A stretch of 64,000 bases of DNA from Dehalococcoidia bacterium (GCA_030612025.1 JAUWOR010000010.1:1-64000), one strand, 5' to 3'; shown: positions 8,312-18,491, numbered from the stretch's first letter. A program made the numbers and translations. Notes: a model not told the origin generated them from the sequence alone.

Positions 8312-11300
8312 ATGAGTAAAACAATAAGTTGGCCTGTTAGGGTAACTTACATATTTATTGCCCTGGCATTGGCCTTGAGCCTGGTGTTGGTAGCAATACC
8401 AGCTAAGACCGACGCTGACCCAGGCCTGACCAAGTGGAGCAAGGTGACCACCCCCAGCGAGGAAGATAAAGTCATCGTGCAGAATGCTGATGTTATCAGC
8501 TTCGCTGCCGGGGCCACCGGTGATGTGATATACGCCGTTCTGGATGGCGTGTACGACTGGGACGGTACAGCCTGGGTTGAAGGCGGCGCTACTGGTAATG
8601 TAGAGGATGTCCTCGAGGATGGCTTCGGCGACGCCGTATTCAAATCCGAGGACGCCGGTGTGACCTGGGACGACATCACCGATGAGGTACAGGAAGAGGG
8701 CATGATGGCCCCCATGATGGTGGAGGTGGCTCCCGACGATGACGACTTTGCCTTCGTGACCGGCTACGGTGACACAAATGACGATGGTGTCATCGAGCCC
8801 AAGGTTGATGACGCTACCATGGTAATCGGCTCTGATGACGGCGGCAATGACTTCTCCGACATGGTCTTCACTGCCACTACAGAGCGGATTCTATGTATAG
8901 CAGTGGCCCCTGAGGCAGACGACGCATTCAACGTTGCTGTGGGCACCGACGCTGGTTCACTTTACCGCTATAAAGTCGGCGGGACCTTCGGTGGCGCATG
9001 GAAGGACACCATCACCTATGATGGTTGGGATACCGGCTCTGCCGGTGCAACCACTGCGGTTGTCGCTGTAGCCTTCTCCCCCAACTTCGCTGGTGATGAC
9101 ACCGTCGTGGCTATTACCACCGATGGAAACAACACCTACCAGCAATCGGGTATATGGGGAACAACCAAAGCCTGGAATAACATAGCTGGCGATCCATTTC
9201 CCTCCAACGCAGTCCGGATAATGGACGCCCCACCCTACGTGGGCATCTATAATATCGGTTACCAGGAATGGGATCTCCCGGCAGGTATAGCTATGCCAGA
9301 GGACTTCACCGGCTATGACTCCGGACTACGACACAACTGGGTCTACCTGAACTACGATGCCGATGACAGTCCCAGTTTTGTTCCGGCAAGCTTCAAGACC
9401 GCCTTTGATGAGGTCGGCCAGGTATTCAGAATCAAAGGCAGCACAGTAAAGTACGCTGGTATCCGCTGTGAGCCCTGGGATACCTCCACAACCTACCCCT
9501 TGATAGCCAGCATCTCAATGTATGGCGAGATAGAGGATGGTAACCTGATGGTAGGTTTGACCGGTCAAACAGACTGTTGCAAGGGCGTACAGGTTTACCG
9601 CACCAGCGAATGGCCCATAGACTACTGCTGTCCGCAGTGGTCCTCAGCCAAGAAACCACCCACGGGACAGGCAAACTGTTTGGTGAGCTATGTCGCCGGT
9701 GGAGACAAGGCATACGCAGCCACCAGCGAATGCTCCACCACTGGACTCCCGTACGACGAGAGCGCATTCTCCCTGAGCGAGGTAGAGGAAGTGGGCAAGT
9801 ACTGGAATCAGCCTAGTCTGGTTGACACCTTCATAGACTTCCTGTCTGATGTAGCGGTCAATCCTGGCTGTGGCACCATCTACCTCTTCAGCGTCAACGA
9901 CCACGCCAGAGACTGTGGCTGCGACAGCGTGTGGAGCAGCACCGATGATGGCGACAGCTACCTCAGGGTATTCTGCAAGTCATTGACAAATGATTTTGGT
10001 CTTATCCGCACCGCTCCCGAGGAGACAGAGGAGGTTCTCACTGTTTACCTGGTTGACCAGGGCACCAAGGTCATTTACTGGAACGATGACAGCGGCCTGA
10101 CCAACTGGTCAAATAGGAAAGCCTCTACTCTGGACAATGTCTGGGATCTCGCAGTTGAGAGCGAAGACACCATCTATGCGCTGTCCGCCAACGGCAAGGT
10201 AAGCACATCCGCCAAGCATGGTGGACCAGGTTCCTGGAGTTCAGCCAAAGATGCCAAAGTCAACGATGGTCACTCCATAGTCTGCCGCGACGGGCATGTT
10301 CTGGTCGGCGGCACGGCTGGCAAGGTCGGTTACTCCGATGATTCTGCGTCCAGCTTCACCAAGCTGGATGACATTGGCGATGGACTTGTCCATTGCGCCT
10401 TCGACACTTACTTCGACGAGAACGACTATGTTTACGCCGCGATAAGCGGAGCCGATAGCGGAGTTTACCGCACCACCATAGCTGATGCCGACTTTGAAGA
10501 TATGGATGCATGGACTACCGTCGATTACTTCGGCGTAGTGACCGAGCTCAGTAAGGATGGCAATCCTAAGACTAAAGCCGCCAATGGCGGTGTTCTCTAT
10601 GCCGTTTACTACGATGGCGCTGGCAGTGGTGTAGCTCGACAGCTCAGTCCAGCCGCGGCAACATGCTGTGGCGACTTGAGCTGGGATTACCTCACCGCCA
10701 AGCTGGATGCAGATGCAGCCTTCACCCTTGAGCCCACTGCGCTCAAGATCTGCGGCTGTCTCACCTCCGCCACCAACAGCAACCTGTGGGCAATCGACAA
10801 CGACGACTACCAGATGTCCGACGGCAAGGATGGCACCCCGTGGGTCTACGAGGACTGCTTCGGCAAATTTGGCGTAGAACTCACTGCTGTTGGCGATGGC
10901 GATATGGTGGCTTCCGACCCCTGTGAATGCGCCAATGAGAAGTTCGTCCTCGAGTGGGAGCGCCTGTGCAACGAGTGTGAATACGATATTGACATCTCCT
11001 TGAACAGTGCTTTCACTCAGATAGTCCTTGACGAAGGGAACATTATGGTCCAGTACCCAAGCTTAGCGGGAACAGTGGCCTATGACCCGCCCAAGAACGC
11101 AGAGCCCAGCGTGGTAATCTGGGAGGGCGCCATAGACTGCAACACCACCTACTACTGGAGAGTGAGAACTCGCTATGCTGAGACTACCGAGATAATCCGG
11201 AGCTTCTGGTCTGACACCTGGAGCTTCACCGTTGAAGCCGGTCCTACTGTGGCCATTAATTTGATAGCTCCGGAGCCCAACCAGCTCAATGTGCCGATAA

Positions 11301-11725
11301 CCAATGTTGGCTTCACCTGGTCGTCGGTTGCTGATGCTGACAGCTATGACTTCGTCCTATCAGCCAACGCTGACCTGTCCAGTCCCATAGAAACCAAGAC
11401 AGGGTTAACCGGTACTGCCTACACTTATGCTGGAAACCTGGATTACGACACTGCTTACTTCTGGCAGGTAACGGCAATGAAGGATGGTAATGTCTTCTCC
11501 GAGAGTGACGTTAGCACCTTCTACACGATACCTGCGGCGGTATACACCTGCCCACAATGTGGCTTGACCTTCCCCACCGAAGCAGCTCTGAAGGCACACA
11601 TTGCTGAGGCGCACCCAGCTCCACCACCGCCTGTAACTCCAGCCTGGGTATGGGTAGTTATCGGCCTCGGCGCTGTTCTGGTGATCGTGGTCATAGTGCT
11701 CATCTTCAGAACACGGCGGGTGTAA
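8312..11725 (+). CDS. Large acidic, Cys-rich BNR/Asp-box surface protein (putative S-layer protein) with Fn3-like domains, a C2H2 finger and a C-terminal TM anchor
   Basis: RBS AAAGGAG before ATG 8312; signal peptide; Asp-boxes (SEDAGVTW, SDDGGNDF, STDDGDSY); YYWRVR/YFWQV; CPQC-x12-H-x4-H; TM + RTRRV. Confidence 0.75.
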   Translation: MSKTISWPVRVTYIFIALALALSLVLVAIPAKTDADPGLTKWSKVTTPSEEDKVIVQNADVISFAAGATGDVIYAVLDGVYDWDGTAWVEGGATGNVEDVLEDGFGDAVFKSEDAGVTWDDITDEVQEEGMMAPMMVEVAPDDDDFAFVTGYGDTNDDGVIEPKVDDATMVIGSDDGGNDFSDMVFTATTERILCIAVAPEADDAFNVAVGTDAGSLYRYKVGGTFGGAWKDTITYDGWDTGSAGATTAVVAVAFSPNFAGDDTVVAITTDGNNTYQQSGIWGTTKAWNNIAGDPFPSNAVRIMDAPPYVGIYNIGYQEWDLPAGIAMPEDFTGYDSGLRHNWVYLNYDADDSPSFVPASFKTAFDEVGQVFRIKGSTVKYAGIRCEPWDTSTTYPLIASISMYGEIEDGNLMVGLTGQTDCCKGVQVYRTSEWPIDYCCPQWSSAKKPPTGQANCLVSYVAGGDKAYAATSECSTTGLPYDESAFSLSEVEEVGKYWNQPSLVDTFIDFLSDVAVNPGCGTIYLFSVNDHARDCGCDSVWSSTDDGDSYLRVFCKSLTNDFGLIRTAPEETEEVLTVYLVDQGTKVIYWNDDSGLTNWSNRKASTLDNVWDLAVESEDTIYALSANGKVSTSAKHGGPGSWSSAKDAKVNDGHSIVCRDGHVLVGGTAGKVGYSDDSASSFTKLDDIGDGLVHCAFDTYFDENDYVYAAISGADSGVYRTTIADADFEDMDAWTTVDYFGVVTELSKDGNPKTKAANGGVLYAVYYDGAGSGVARQLSPAAATCCGDLSWDYLTAKLDADAAFTLEPTALKICGCLTSATNSNLWAIDNDDYQMSDGKDGTPWVYEDCFGKFGVELTAVGDGDMVASDPCECANEKFVLEWERLCNECEYDIDISLNSAFTQIVLDEGNIMVQYPSLAGTVAYDPPKNAEPSVVIWEGAIDCNTTYYWRVRTRYAETTEIIRSFWSDTWSFTVEAGPTVAINLIAPEPNQLNVPITNVGFTWSSVADADSYDFVLSANADLSSPIETKTGLTGTAYTYAGNLDYDTAYFWQVTAMKDGNVFSESDVSTFYTIPAAVYTCPQCGLTFPTEAALKAHIAEAHPAPPPPVTPAWVWVVIGLGAVLVIVVIVLIFRTRRV

Positions 11726-11776
11726 TTACACCCTCACCTCAATCCCCTCCCTTCAAGAGAGAGGAAAGGGGACTCC

Positions 11777-11807
11777 AAAAAGGGGCGGCTAAAAGCCGCC
11801 CCTTTTT
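11777..11807 (+). terminator. Bidirectional intrinsic terminator
   Basis: AAAAAGGGGCGGC-TAAAA-GCCGCCCCTTTTT. Confidence 0.85.
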
Positions 11808-11824
11808 CTTTCTCCCTATAATCA

Positions 11825-12100
11825 TAGTGGCGGGGTTCATCCCCGCCATATGGCGTATTATGCCCCTATACCTCGGTCGGGGACAAGCCCCAACCCTACA
11901 TTTGGTAATATAGTCGTAGTGCGACCCTTCAGGGTCGTGCAATTTACCTGGGCACGAGGCTTAAGCCTCGCACTACAAAGTTCTGCCCAATGGCTGGCGC
12001 CTAATGACTATTTTTGTCATTGCCAGTCGCGCCCTTCTTTGTCATTGTGAGGAGCCTGATTTATCAGGCACAGTCTCGCCCAATAAATTGGGCAACTACA
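11825..12100. repeat. REP cluster (R3, R2, R1 copies)
   Basis: TAGTGGCGGGGTTCATCCCCGCC..CCCTAC; GTAGTGCGACCC..GCACTAC; GCCTGATTTATCAGGC..GGCAACTAC. Confidence 0.8.
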
Positions 12101-12148
12101 TTTTTTAATTTGACCCCGCAGCCCAGCTATGTTAGGCTTACAGTCTAT

Positions 12149-12365
12149 ATGTCAAAGAACCTTGAGGAAGGCCGCAGGTGGCTAGCTCAAGCTCAAAGGG
12201 ATTTGGCTGATGGAGGATAAGGTAGCTAAACAGGTGTTTTAAATATGCAACATCAATCTTGAAAAACGTGGAGAGATTGCTAACCAAATAGAACAATATT
12301 GCCGAGAAATAGTAAAGGAATTCAATCCGCATCAGGTAATCTTGTTTGGCTCCTTTGCCACTTTA
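12149..12365 (+). pseudogene. Collapsed HEPN + nucleotidyltransferase (MNT) toxin-antitoxin remnant
   Basis: MSKNLEEGRRWLAQAQRDL (HEPN N-terminus-like) followed by EIVKEFNPHQVILFGSFA (MNT N-terminus-like), both truncated. Confidence 0.6.
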
Positions 12366-12436
12366 TCCCAGAAAAGGCAATTTTTACCATTTACTTTTTG
12401 GGGGTGTTTTCGTTTATAATAGTGGAGGTTAAAAAT

Positions 12437-12713
12437 GTAGTGCCAGGCTTTAGCCTCGTGCAGGATGGTAAATGGAAAAGGGCACGCCCCTGAAGGGTCG
12501 CACTACGAGATTTTATGAGCAAAGCGAAGGAACTCGACGAAGCAATCTCCATGAGTGCTCGGCCACCGAGATTGCCGCGCTTCGCTTGCAATGACAGGTG
12601 GGGAAGCTGACAAATAACTACGGAATGTAGGAGGGAATAATCGTAGTGGCGGAGTTTATCTCCCCGACCCTCACCTAGCCTCTCCCTTGAAGGGAGAGGA
12701 ACAAGGTGAGGGT
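12437..12713. repeat. REP / palindromic repeat cluster
   Basis: R2 copy, GAAGCAATCTC..GAGATTGCC..GCAATGAC, CCCTCACC..GGTGAGGG. Confidence 0.75.
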
Positions 12714-12805
12714 GATAAAAAGGATTAAGAAAGTAAGATTTAGCTTCGCTAAATGGATAATAAGGAACCACTTAGGAAAGAAAAATTAAATAGGAGGATT
12801 GTTAA

Positions 12806-14476
12806 ATGAAGTTATTGTCTCGACTAATTATCGCTCTGGTCATCTGCCTTATGGCCATTCCCGTGCTGGCTACTCCGGTAGAGGCCCATCCAGGCTTCAG
12901 CCTTAGAAACACCACGAGCTATACTGGCCTTGACAGGGATGAGGGCTATATAGGGGATGAGGTAAGGATATATGGTTCGTGGGATGAGACTCATGGCCGG
13001 TATATCTACATCTACTACGAACTATATGGCGAGGATGAAGAGGATTGGCATCACGAGAAGGTAGGCTATGAGGAATACGATGATACGAACGAGACCTACT
13101 CTTTTGACTACGATCTTGAGATACCAGAAAGCTGCTCTGGAGTGCACGAAATTCTAATCTGCGATGATGATGACCCCGATGAGGATGTTGACACCCTGGA
13201 GTTCACTGTCTATCCCTCAATAGAGATAGATGAAAGTGAAGGACCAGCCGGGACCGAGGTTGAGGTGACAGGATTTGCCTGGGATGAGGATGAGAGTGAG
13301 ATCGAGATAAGGTTTTATCTGGAAGACCCTGATGATGACTACGATGATGATGACCTATATGAGGTGGTATGGCCTGTAGAGGGCGAGAGTGGGGATATCG
13401 AGGTTGATGACTATGGTAGCTGGGAAGATGTTACCTTTGAGGTGCCCCATGCCAGTAAGGGAGACCATTGGATATATGCCGTGGGGGATGAGTCTGATGA
13501 TATTGAGGATGATAAAATCAAGGGAGTAGAATTTGAGGTTCTGCCGGGAATAAGCCTGGATAAAGAATCCGGCGGTTTTGGTGAAACTATAACCGTGACT
13601 GGCAGCGGATTTGAGGAGGACGAGACCAGAATCAAGATATTGTTCGATGGCGATGCAGTAAAGGAGGATATTGAGGCTGATGATGATGGCATATGGGAGG
13701 CAACTTTCGAGGTGCCCGAGGCTGCCAAGGGCAAATACGATGTGACCGCTGAGGGAAGAAAGACCGATAAAGAAGACATCGAGGAGGTGGAATTTGAGGT
13801 AGTGCCGGGCTTGGTGCTGTCTCCCACTGAAGGGCATGTGGGCACAAGCCTAACCATCAGCGGCGGTGGCTTCCTAGCTAATAAATCGGTAACCATCACC
13901 TACGATGGAGTGACCAAAGGCAGCGTCACCACCAATAGCAAAGGCAGCTTTTCCGGTATTAGCTTTGAAGCCACACATACCCAGACAACGCACACTGTAG
14001 AACATCCTGTAGTAGCTACCTATGATACTACTACACTTAGCACCAAGTTCATTATGGAATCAACGGCGCCAGCTAAGCCTACGCTCAGCTCACCTGTCAA
14101 TGCCAGCAGAGTGGGACTCTTCGGCAAGCAAACTCCTACATTCACCTGGTCGGCAGTGACCGATGACAGCGGGGTCAGCTATAATCTCCAAATAGGAACC
14201 AGCGCTGATTTTGCCCAGGTGCTAATATCTAAGACAGGGTTAACTGAGGTCACCTATACCTTAGCCGGCGCAGAAGCCCTAGACTATGGCAGCTATTACT
14301 GGAGGGTAAAGGCCATAGATGGCGCTCAAAACGCTAGCGACTGGACTACCGCCTACTCCTTTAAGTCTGCGCTTTTGCCTTTATGGGCCTTTATTGCTAT
14401 AGTGGCTCTAATAGTGGTGCTCATTGGCGCCCTGATTTTTGTCTTTGGCATCAGAAAAAGGGCACCATATGATTGA
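12806..14476 (+). CDS. Membrane-anchored acidic Ig/IPT-repeat surface protein with C-terminal Fn3-like domain and TM anchor
   Basis: Signal peptide; repeats G..G..V.VTG.GF..E..I.I.F; YYWRVKAID; LPLW-TM-RKR. Confidence 0.75.
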   Translation: MKLLSRLIIALVICLMAIPVLATPVEAHPGFSLRNTTSYTGLDRDEGYIGDEVRIYGSWDETHGRYIYIYYELYGEDEEDWHHEKVGYEEYDDTNETYSFDYDLEIPESCSGVHEILICDDDDPDEDVDTLEFTVYPSIEIDESEGPAGTEVEVTGFAWDEDESEIEIRFYLEDPDDDYDDDDLYEVVWPVEGESGDIEVDDYGSWEDVTFEVPHASKGDHWIYAVGDESDDIEDDKIKGVEFEVLPGISLDKESGGFGETITVTGSGFEEDETRIKILFDGDAVKEDIEADDDGIWEATFEVPEAAKGKYDVTAEGRKTDKEDIEEVEFEVVPGLVLSPTEGHVGTSLTISGGGFLANKSVTITYDGVTKGSVTTNSKGSFSGISFEATHTQTTHTVEHPVVATYDTTTLSTKFIMESTAPAKPTLSSPVNASRVGLFGKQTPTFTWSAVTDDSGVSYNLQIGTSADFAQVLISKTGLTEVTYTLAGAEALDYGSYYWRVKAIDGAQNASDWTTAYSFKSALLPLWAFIAIVALIVVLIGALIFVFGIRKRAPYD

Positions 14477-14479
14477 GAA

Positions 14480-14703
14480 GGCTGTTTAAAAATGTAGTTG
14501 CCCAATTTATTGGGCGACCGTGCCTGATGAATCAGGCAACTACGAAATATCTTGGGGAAGCGGCACTACATGATGAGGTTTGAAAATGTAGTTGCCCAAT
14601 TTATTGGGCGGCCGTGCCTGATAAATCAGGCAACTACAAAAATTTGGGGCTGAAACCCCTCTGAGATAGCTGAAATTGAACAGGCAATCAAAATTAAACA
14701 GCC
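14480..14703. mobile_element. MITE-like element with two R1 REP doublets
   Basis: Perfect 10-bp TIR GGCTGTTTAA/TTAAACAGCC; degenerate 9-bp flanking repeat GATTGAGAA/GGTTGAGGG. Confidence 0.6.
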
Positions 14704-14877
14704 GGTTGAGGGATTGCTTCGCCTTCGGCTGGCAATGGCCCCTTTTTGTCACCCTGAGCGCAGCGAAGGGTCTCAGAGATTGCCACGCTTCGCTCGCAAT
14801 GACAAGGGGGGAGGGGTTGGAATGACAAGAGAACTTATATAGTGTGGGAGAAAATAGATTAAAATTAAGGAGGAAAA

Positions 14878-16053
14878 ATGAAATTAGCAGTTATTGGACT
14901 TGGGCAATGTGGCTGTCGGATTGCTGACAATTTCGCCCGGCTCAACATCAAGGCACATGCCGAACGCAAGGTAACCATATCCCCCATCGTTATTGGGGTA
15001 AACACGGACCAAGCGGACTTAACCGGGCTAAGGTTTATCAAGAAGGATTATATGCACCGCATACTCATCGGCTTGCGCCAGACATTGGGACATGGAGTGG
15101 GCAAGATAAATGAGCTGGGCGCTGAGTTAGCCCGGGAGGATGGCGATAAGGTGATGGATGCCATGAAAACCGAGCCAAGGTTTTATGAGACGCACGCCTT
15201 TTTGCTCATCGCTGGCGCTGCTGGTGGCACAGGCTCAGGCGGCCTACCAGTAATTGCCAGGATGATTAAGGAGAGATACCTCAACAAGCCAGTTTATGCC
15301 CTTATTGTTCTCCCCTTTGAACATGAGCAATTCAGCGAGGCAAGGAGTGTATACAATAGCGCTACCTGCCTTAAATCTACCTATGACTTAGTGGATGCCA
15401 TCTTTCTGGCTGATAACCAGAGATATGTCAGAAAGGATGCCAGCCTGGTTAATAACATGGAAAGGATAAACCGGATGATCGCCGAGCCCTTCTATGACCT
15501 GATGTGCGCTGGCGAGGTAACCAAGCGTAAGTATGTCGGCGCCAGAACGATAGATGCCGGGGATTTGATCGCCTCTCTGGAAGGCTGGACAACCATTGGC
15601 ATCGGGAGAACTGAACTCCCCTCCCTTCGCTTTCCCTGGGAGATAAGAAAGAAACATTTCCGCGAGAAGGCTGTGGAAAGCTTCAGAGGGTCGCAGGCCC
15701 TGGATGCCACCGTATCCGACCTTTCCATTACCTGCAACCCTAAGGATGCTGCCAAGGCTTTGTATATTATGGCTGGCCCAGCTAAAGAAATGAATATGGA
15801 CATGATCAAGAGCGTGAGCAATTACATCAGTGAAATTGCCCCCAATGCCGTAATCAGAGGTGGCGATTTCCCCGGAGAAAAGCATTTCATTGATGTCACC
15901 TTGATATTATCCCAGTTGTCTTTTGTGCCCAAGATAAAAGACTTTTACGAGACGTCCGTCCAATATGGACAGGAACATAAAGGACAGATAGAGGAAACAC
16001 AGAAGAGAATCCAGGCCTTAAGTGACCTAGGCAAGGAATTGCCTAACTTGTAG
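14878..16053 (+). CDS. Tubulin/FtsZ-superfamily GTPase, non-canonical (CetZ-like)
   Basis: MKLAVIGLGQCGCRIAD, VNTD, GHGVG, AGGTGSGG signature, IDAGD T7-like loop; no obvious FtsZ linker or C-terminal peptide. Confidence 0.85.
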   Translation: MKLAVIGLGQCGCRIADNFARLNIKAHAERKVTISPIVIGVNTDQADLTGLRFIKKDYMHRILIGLRQTLGHGVGKINELGAELAREDGDKVMDAMKTEPRFYETHAFLLIAGAAGGTGSGGLPVIARMIKERYLNKPVYALIVLPFEHEQFSEARSVYNSATCLKSTYDLVDAIFLADNQRYVRKDASLVNNMERINRMIAEPFYDLMCAGEVTKRKYVGARTIDAGDLIASLEGWTTIGIGRTELPSLRFPWEIRKKHFREKAVESFRGSQALDATVSDLSITCNPKDAAKALYIMAGPAKEMNMDMIKSVSNYISEIAPNAVIRGGDFPGEKHFIDVTLILSQLSFVPKIKDFYETSVQYGQEHKGQIEETQKRIQALSDLGKELPNL

Positions 16054-16170
16054 TAAGCAATCCTTTGACCTATTTATGCTTGTAGTTGCCCAATTTATTT
16101 GGGCTACCGGGCCTGATAAATCAGGCAACTACGAAATATTTCAGGAGGAGTGCCGGGGGTTATCCCCGCC

Positions 16171-17163
16171 TTAAAAGGCGAGCTTTAAGACAAAGGCTAT
16201 AATCCAGCCGAGGATAGCACAGGCGGGAAAGGTCAAAATCCAGGTTAAGACAATATTTCTGGCTATCCCCCACCGCACTGCGGAGAGACGTCTTGTAGCA
16301 CCTACCCCCATGATCGCCGTGGTGATACAGTGCGTGGTGCTTACTGGAATACCGAAGTGTGAGGCAACCTCAATAACAGTAGCCGCCGATGCCTCGGCGG
16401 CAAATCCATGGACGGGACGCAAGGTGGTCACCTTCAATCCCAGTGTTTCGATAACTCGCCACCCACCAATAAGAGTGCCAAAGCTAATTGAAGCTGCGGA
16501 AACTACCACAGCCCAGAAGGGGATATAGAATTCGCCGTATCCATGATAGACCATTAAAGCCATGGCGATTAAGCCAATAGGCATCTGACCATCATTCTTG
16601 CCGTGACTATAAGCCAGGAAGGCTGCCGAAAGGATCTGCAGGTTGCTGAAGACACCTCGCATCTTTTCCGGCGCGGCTCTTCGGAAAAGCCACATTATAG
16701 CCACCATGACCAAAAAACCACCGCTAAGACCTAAGAGAGGGGCGATGCCGACGGCAGAAAGCACTTTCCCCAGAACCCCCCAAACGATGATTTTACTACC
16801 CGAAGTAGCAATGCCAGCCCCTACCAATCCCGCCACCAACCCATGGGTCAAACTTATGGGCATGCCATAGCGTGTGGCGACAACAGCCCAGATAATAATT
16901 GCCCCACTTGCAGCAAGCACAATACTCATAGTCAAGGCTTCAGAGTCAACAATCCCTTTGCCAATGGTTAGGGCCACGGCAGTGCCTGTGGCTGCCCCAG
17001 CGAAATTAAGAAAGGCGGCCATAATTATGGCCGCCCGAGGAGAGAGGCTACGAGTACCGATCACTGTAGCGATGGCATTAGCAGCATCATTAACCCCGTT
17101 CACAATGCCGAAGCCAATGGCCGCTATAATCACCAGGATTAGCAGTGCCAAGAGGTCAGGCAT
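16171..17163 (-). CDS. PiT family inorganic phosphate transporter
   Basis: NGVNDAANAIAT and HGKNDGQ motifs; PVSTTH. Confidence 0.92.
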   Translation of the reverse strand: MPDLLALLILVIIAAIGFGIVNGVNDAANAIATVIGTRSLSPRAAIIMAAFLNFAGAATGTAVALTIGKGIVDSEALTMSIVLAASGAIIIWAVVATRYGMPISLTHGLVAGLVGAGIATSGSKIIVWGVLGKVLSAVGIAPLLGLSGGFLVMVAIMWLFRRAAPEKMRGVFSNLQILSAAFLAYSHGKNDGQMPIGLIAMALMVYHGYGEFYIPFWAVVVSAASISFGTLIGGWRVIETLGLKVTTLRPVHGFAAEASAATVIEVASHFGIPVSTTHCITTAIMGVGATRRLSAVRWGIARNIVLTWILTFPACAILGWIIAFVLKLAF

Positions 17164-17785
17164 GCTTCAATACTATACCTTCGAGAACATTGGCTACATC
17201 TTCGCCTCGATCGGTAGCGTCTTCCAAGTGTTGGTAGATTTCGCGCCATTTGATTATCTCACATGCATCCATCGGGTTATCAAATAGCTCAGCTAAGGCA
17301 GCATGAAGCACATCATCAGCCTCGTTTTCCAGACTATTGATCTCCACACACTGCTCCAGAATCCGCGGGAACTGGTCACGGTGACGTAAGCGAGGCAGTA
17401 CCTCGTTCAATTGATAGGTTACCTTAGCTACGATTAAGGTTAGCTGTCGTGCCCTTTCCGTGGGTTGGGTAATGTGGTAAAGGAAGGCAGTTCTGCCAGC
17501 AGCCTCAATGAAATCCATGACGTCGTCCAAGGTTTGGGCCAGGAGAGCAATATCCTCCCTATCAATAGGAGTCACGAAAGTGCGATGCAGCCTCTGTATT
17601 ATCTCGTGAGTGATGATGTCACCCTGGTGCTCCAAATCCTTGAGTTGATTTGCTTTCACTTCAACATCTTCGTAGTTCTCAAAGAAGTCAACTAGCTTTT
17701 CTGCGGCAGTGACTAGATTAGCAGTGTCCTGTTCGAACAAGTCATAAAACTTCGTATCTCTGGGCGTTATTAGGAACTTAGCCAA
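17156..17785 (-). CDS. DUF47 / PhoU-like phosphate transport regulator
   Basis: LEHQGD..TFVTPIDREDI..LENEADD; coupled to PiT. Confidence 0.9.
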   Translation of the reverse strand: MAKFLITPRDTKFYDLFEQDTANLVTAAEKLVDFFENYEDVEVKANQLKDLEHQGDIITHEIIQRLHRTFVTPIDREDIALLAQTLDDVMDFIEAAGRTAFLYHITQPTERARQLTLIVAKVTYQLNEVLPRLRHRDQFPRILEQCVEINSLENEADDVLHAALAELFDNPMDACEIIKWREIYQHLEDATDRGEDVANVLEGIVLKHA

Positions 17786-17896
17786 AATATAACTCCCCTC
17801 CCTCGCCAGATAAGGGGATGGGCGGACGAGGGCGCTCTTTTATTTCTACCTCGCAGTATATCATAGCACACCTTATTATGAGAAGTCGTTTGTAGA

Positions 17897-18192
17897 CGTC
17901 CATATGATTAGTGACACATCACCTCCTTTGTTGCTATCAGGCTGTTTAATTTTGATTCCCTGTTCAATTTCAGCTATCTCAACAACCTTAAATTCTAAAT
18001 CCTAATTTCTAAACTCTAAACAAATTCTAAATTCCAAATTCAAATACCAAAACTCGTTTTGTTTTGGATTTTTCTCATTTGTGCTTTAGTATTGTTTAGT
18101 ATTTCGTATTTAGTGCTTAGGATTTTCACGTTCATCTTTTTGTAGTTGCCTGATTTATCAGGCCCTTATCGCCCCATAAATTGGGCAACTAC
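17897..18192. repeat. Partial copy of the 7184-7343 element with a nested heptamer palindrome and an R1 REP
   Basis: 17897-17981 matches 7184-7268; AAATTCT-type heptamers 17990-18126; R1 at 18143-18192. Confidence 0.7.
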
Positions 18193-18221
18193 TAGTCCTT
18201 CAAAAGAGACACAGGAAAACC

Positions 18222-18491
18222 TTAGAATAGCCTATCACCTTTATTATAAGTATCTTCGGAACGTCTAGCTATCTTACCGATAATCACCAGTCGATCCTTA
18301 TCAAACACAGCGTAAATAATACGCCAATCGCCAACACGAATTCGATAAATAGGCCCCCTGAGCTTTCTTACTCCTAAAGGGCGAGGATTAGCCCCCAGCG
18401 CACGAATAGCGGCAACTATACGCTCAAACTCTACCTTGCCAAGCTTATCTAATTCATGCTGGGCCCTAGGAGTAAGCTCAACCTTGTGCAC
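18222..18491 (-). CDS. RelE/ParE family toxin
   Basis: NPRPLGVRKL..YRIRVGDWRIIY. Confidence 0.88.
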   Translation of the reverse strand: MHKVELTPRAQHELDKLGKVEFERIVAAIRALGANPRPLGVRKLRGPIYRIRVGDWRIIYAVFDKDRLVIIGKIARRSEDTYNKGDRLF

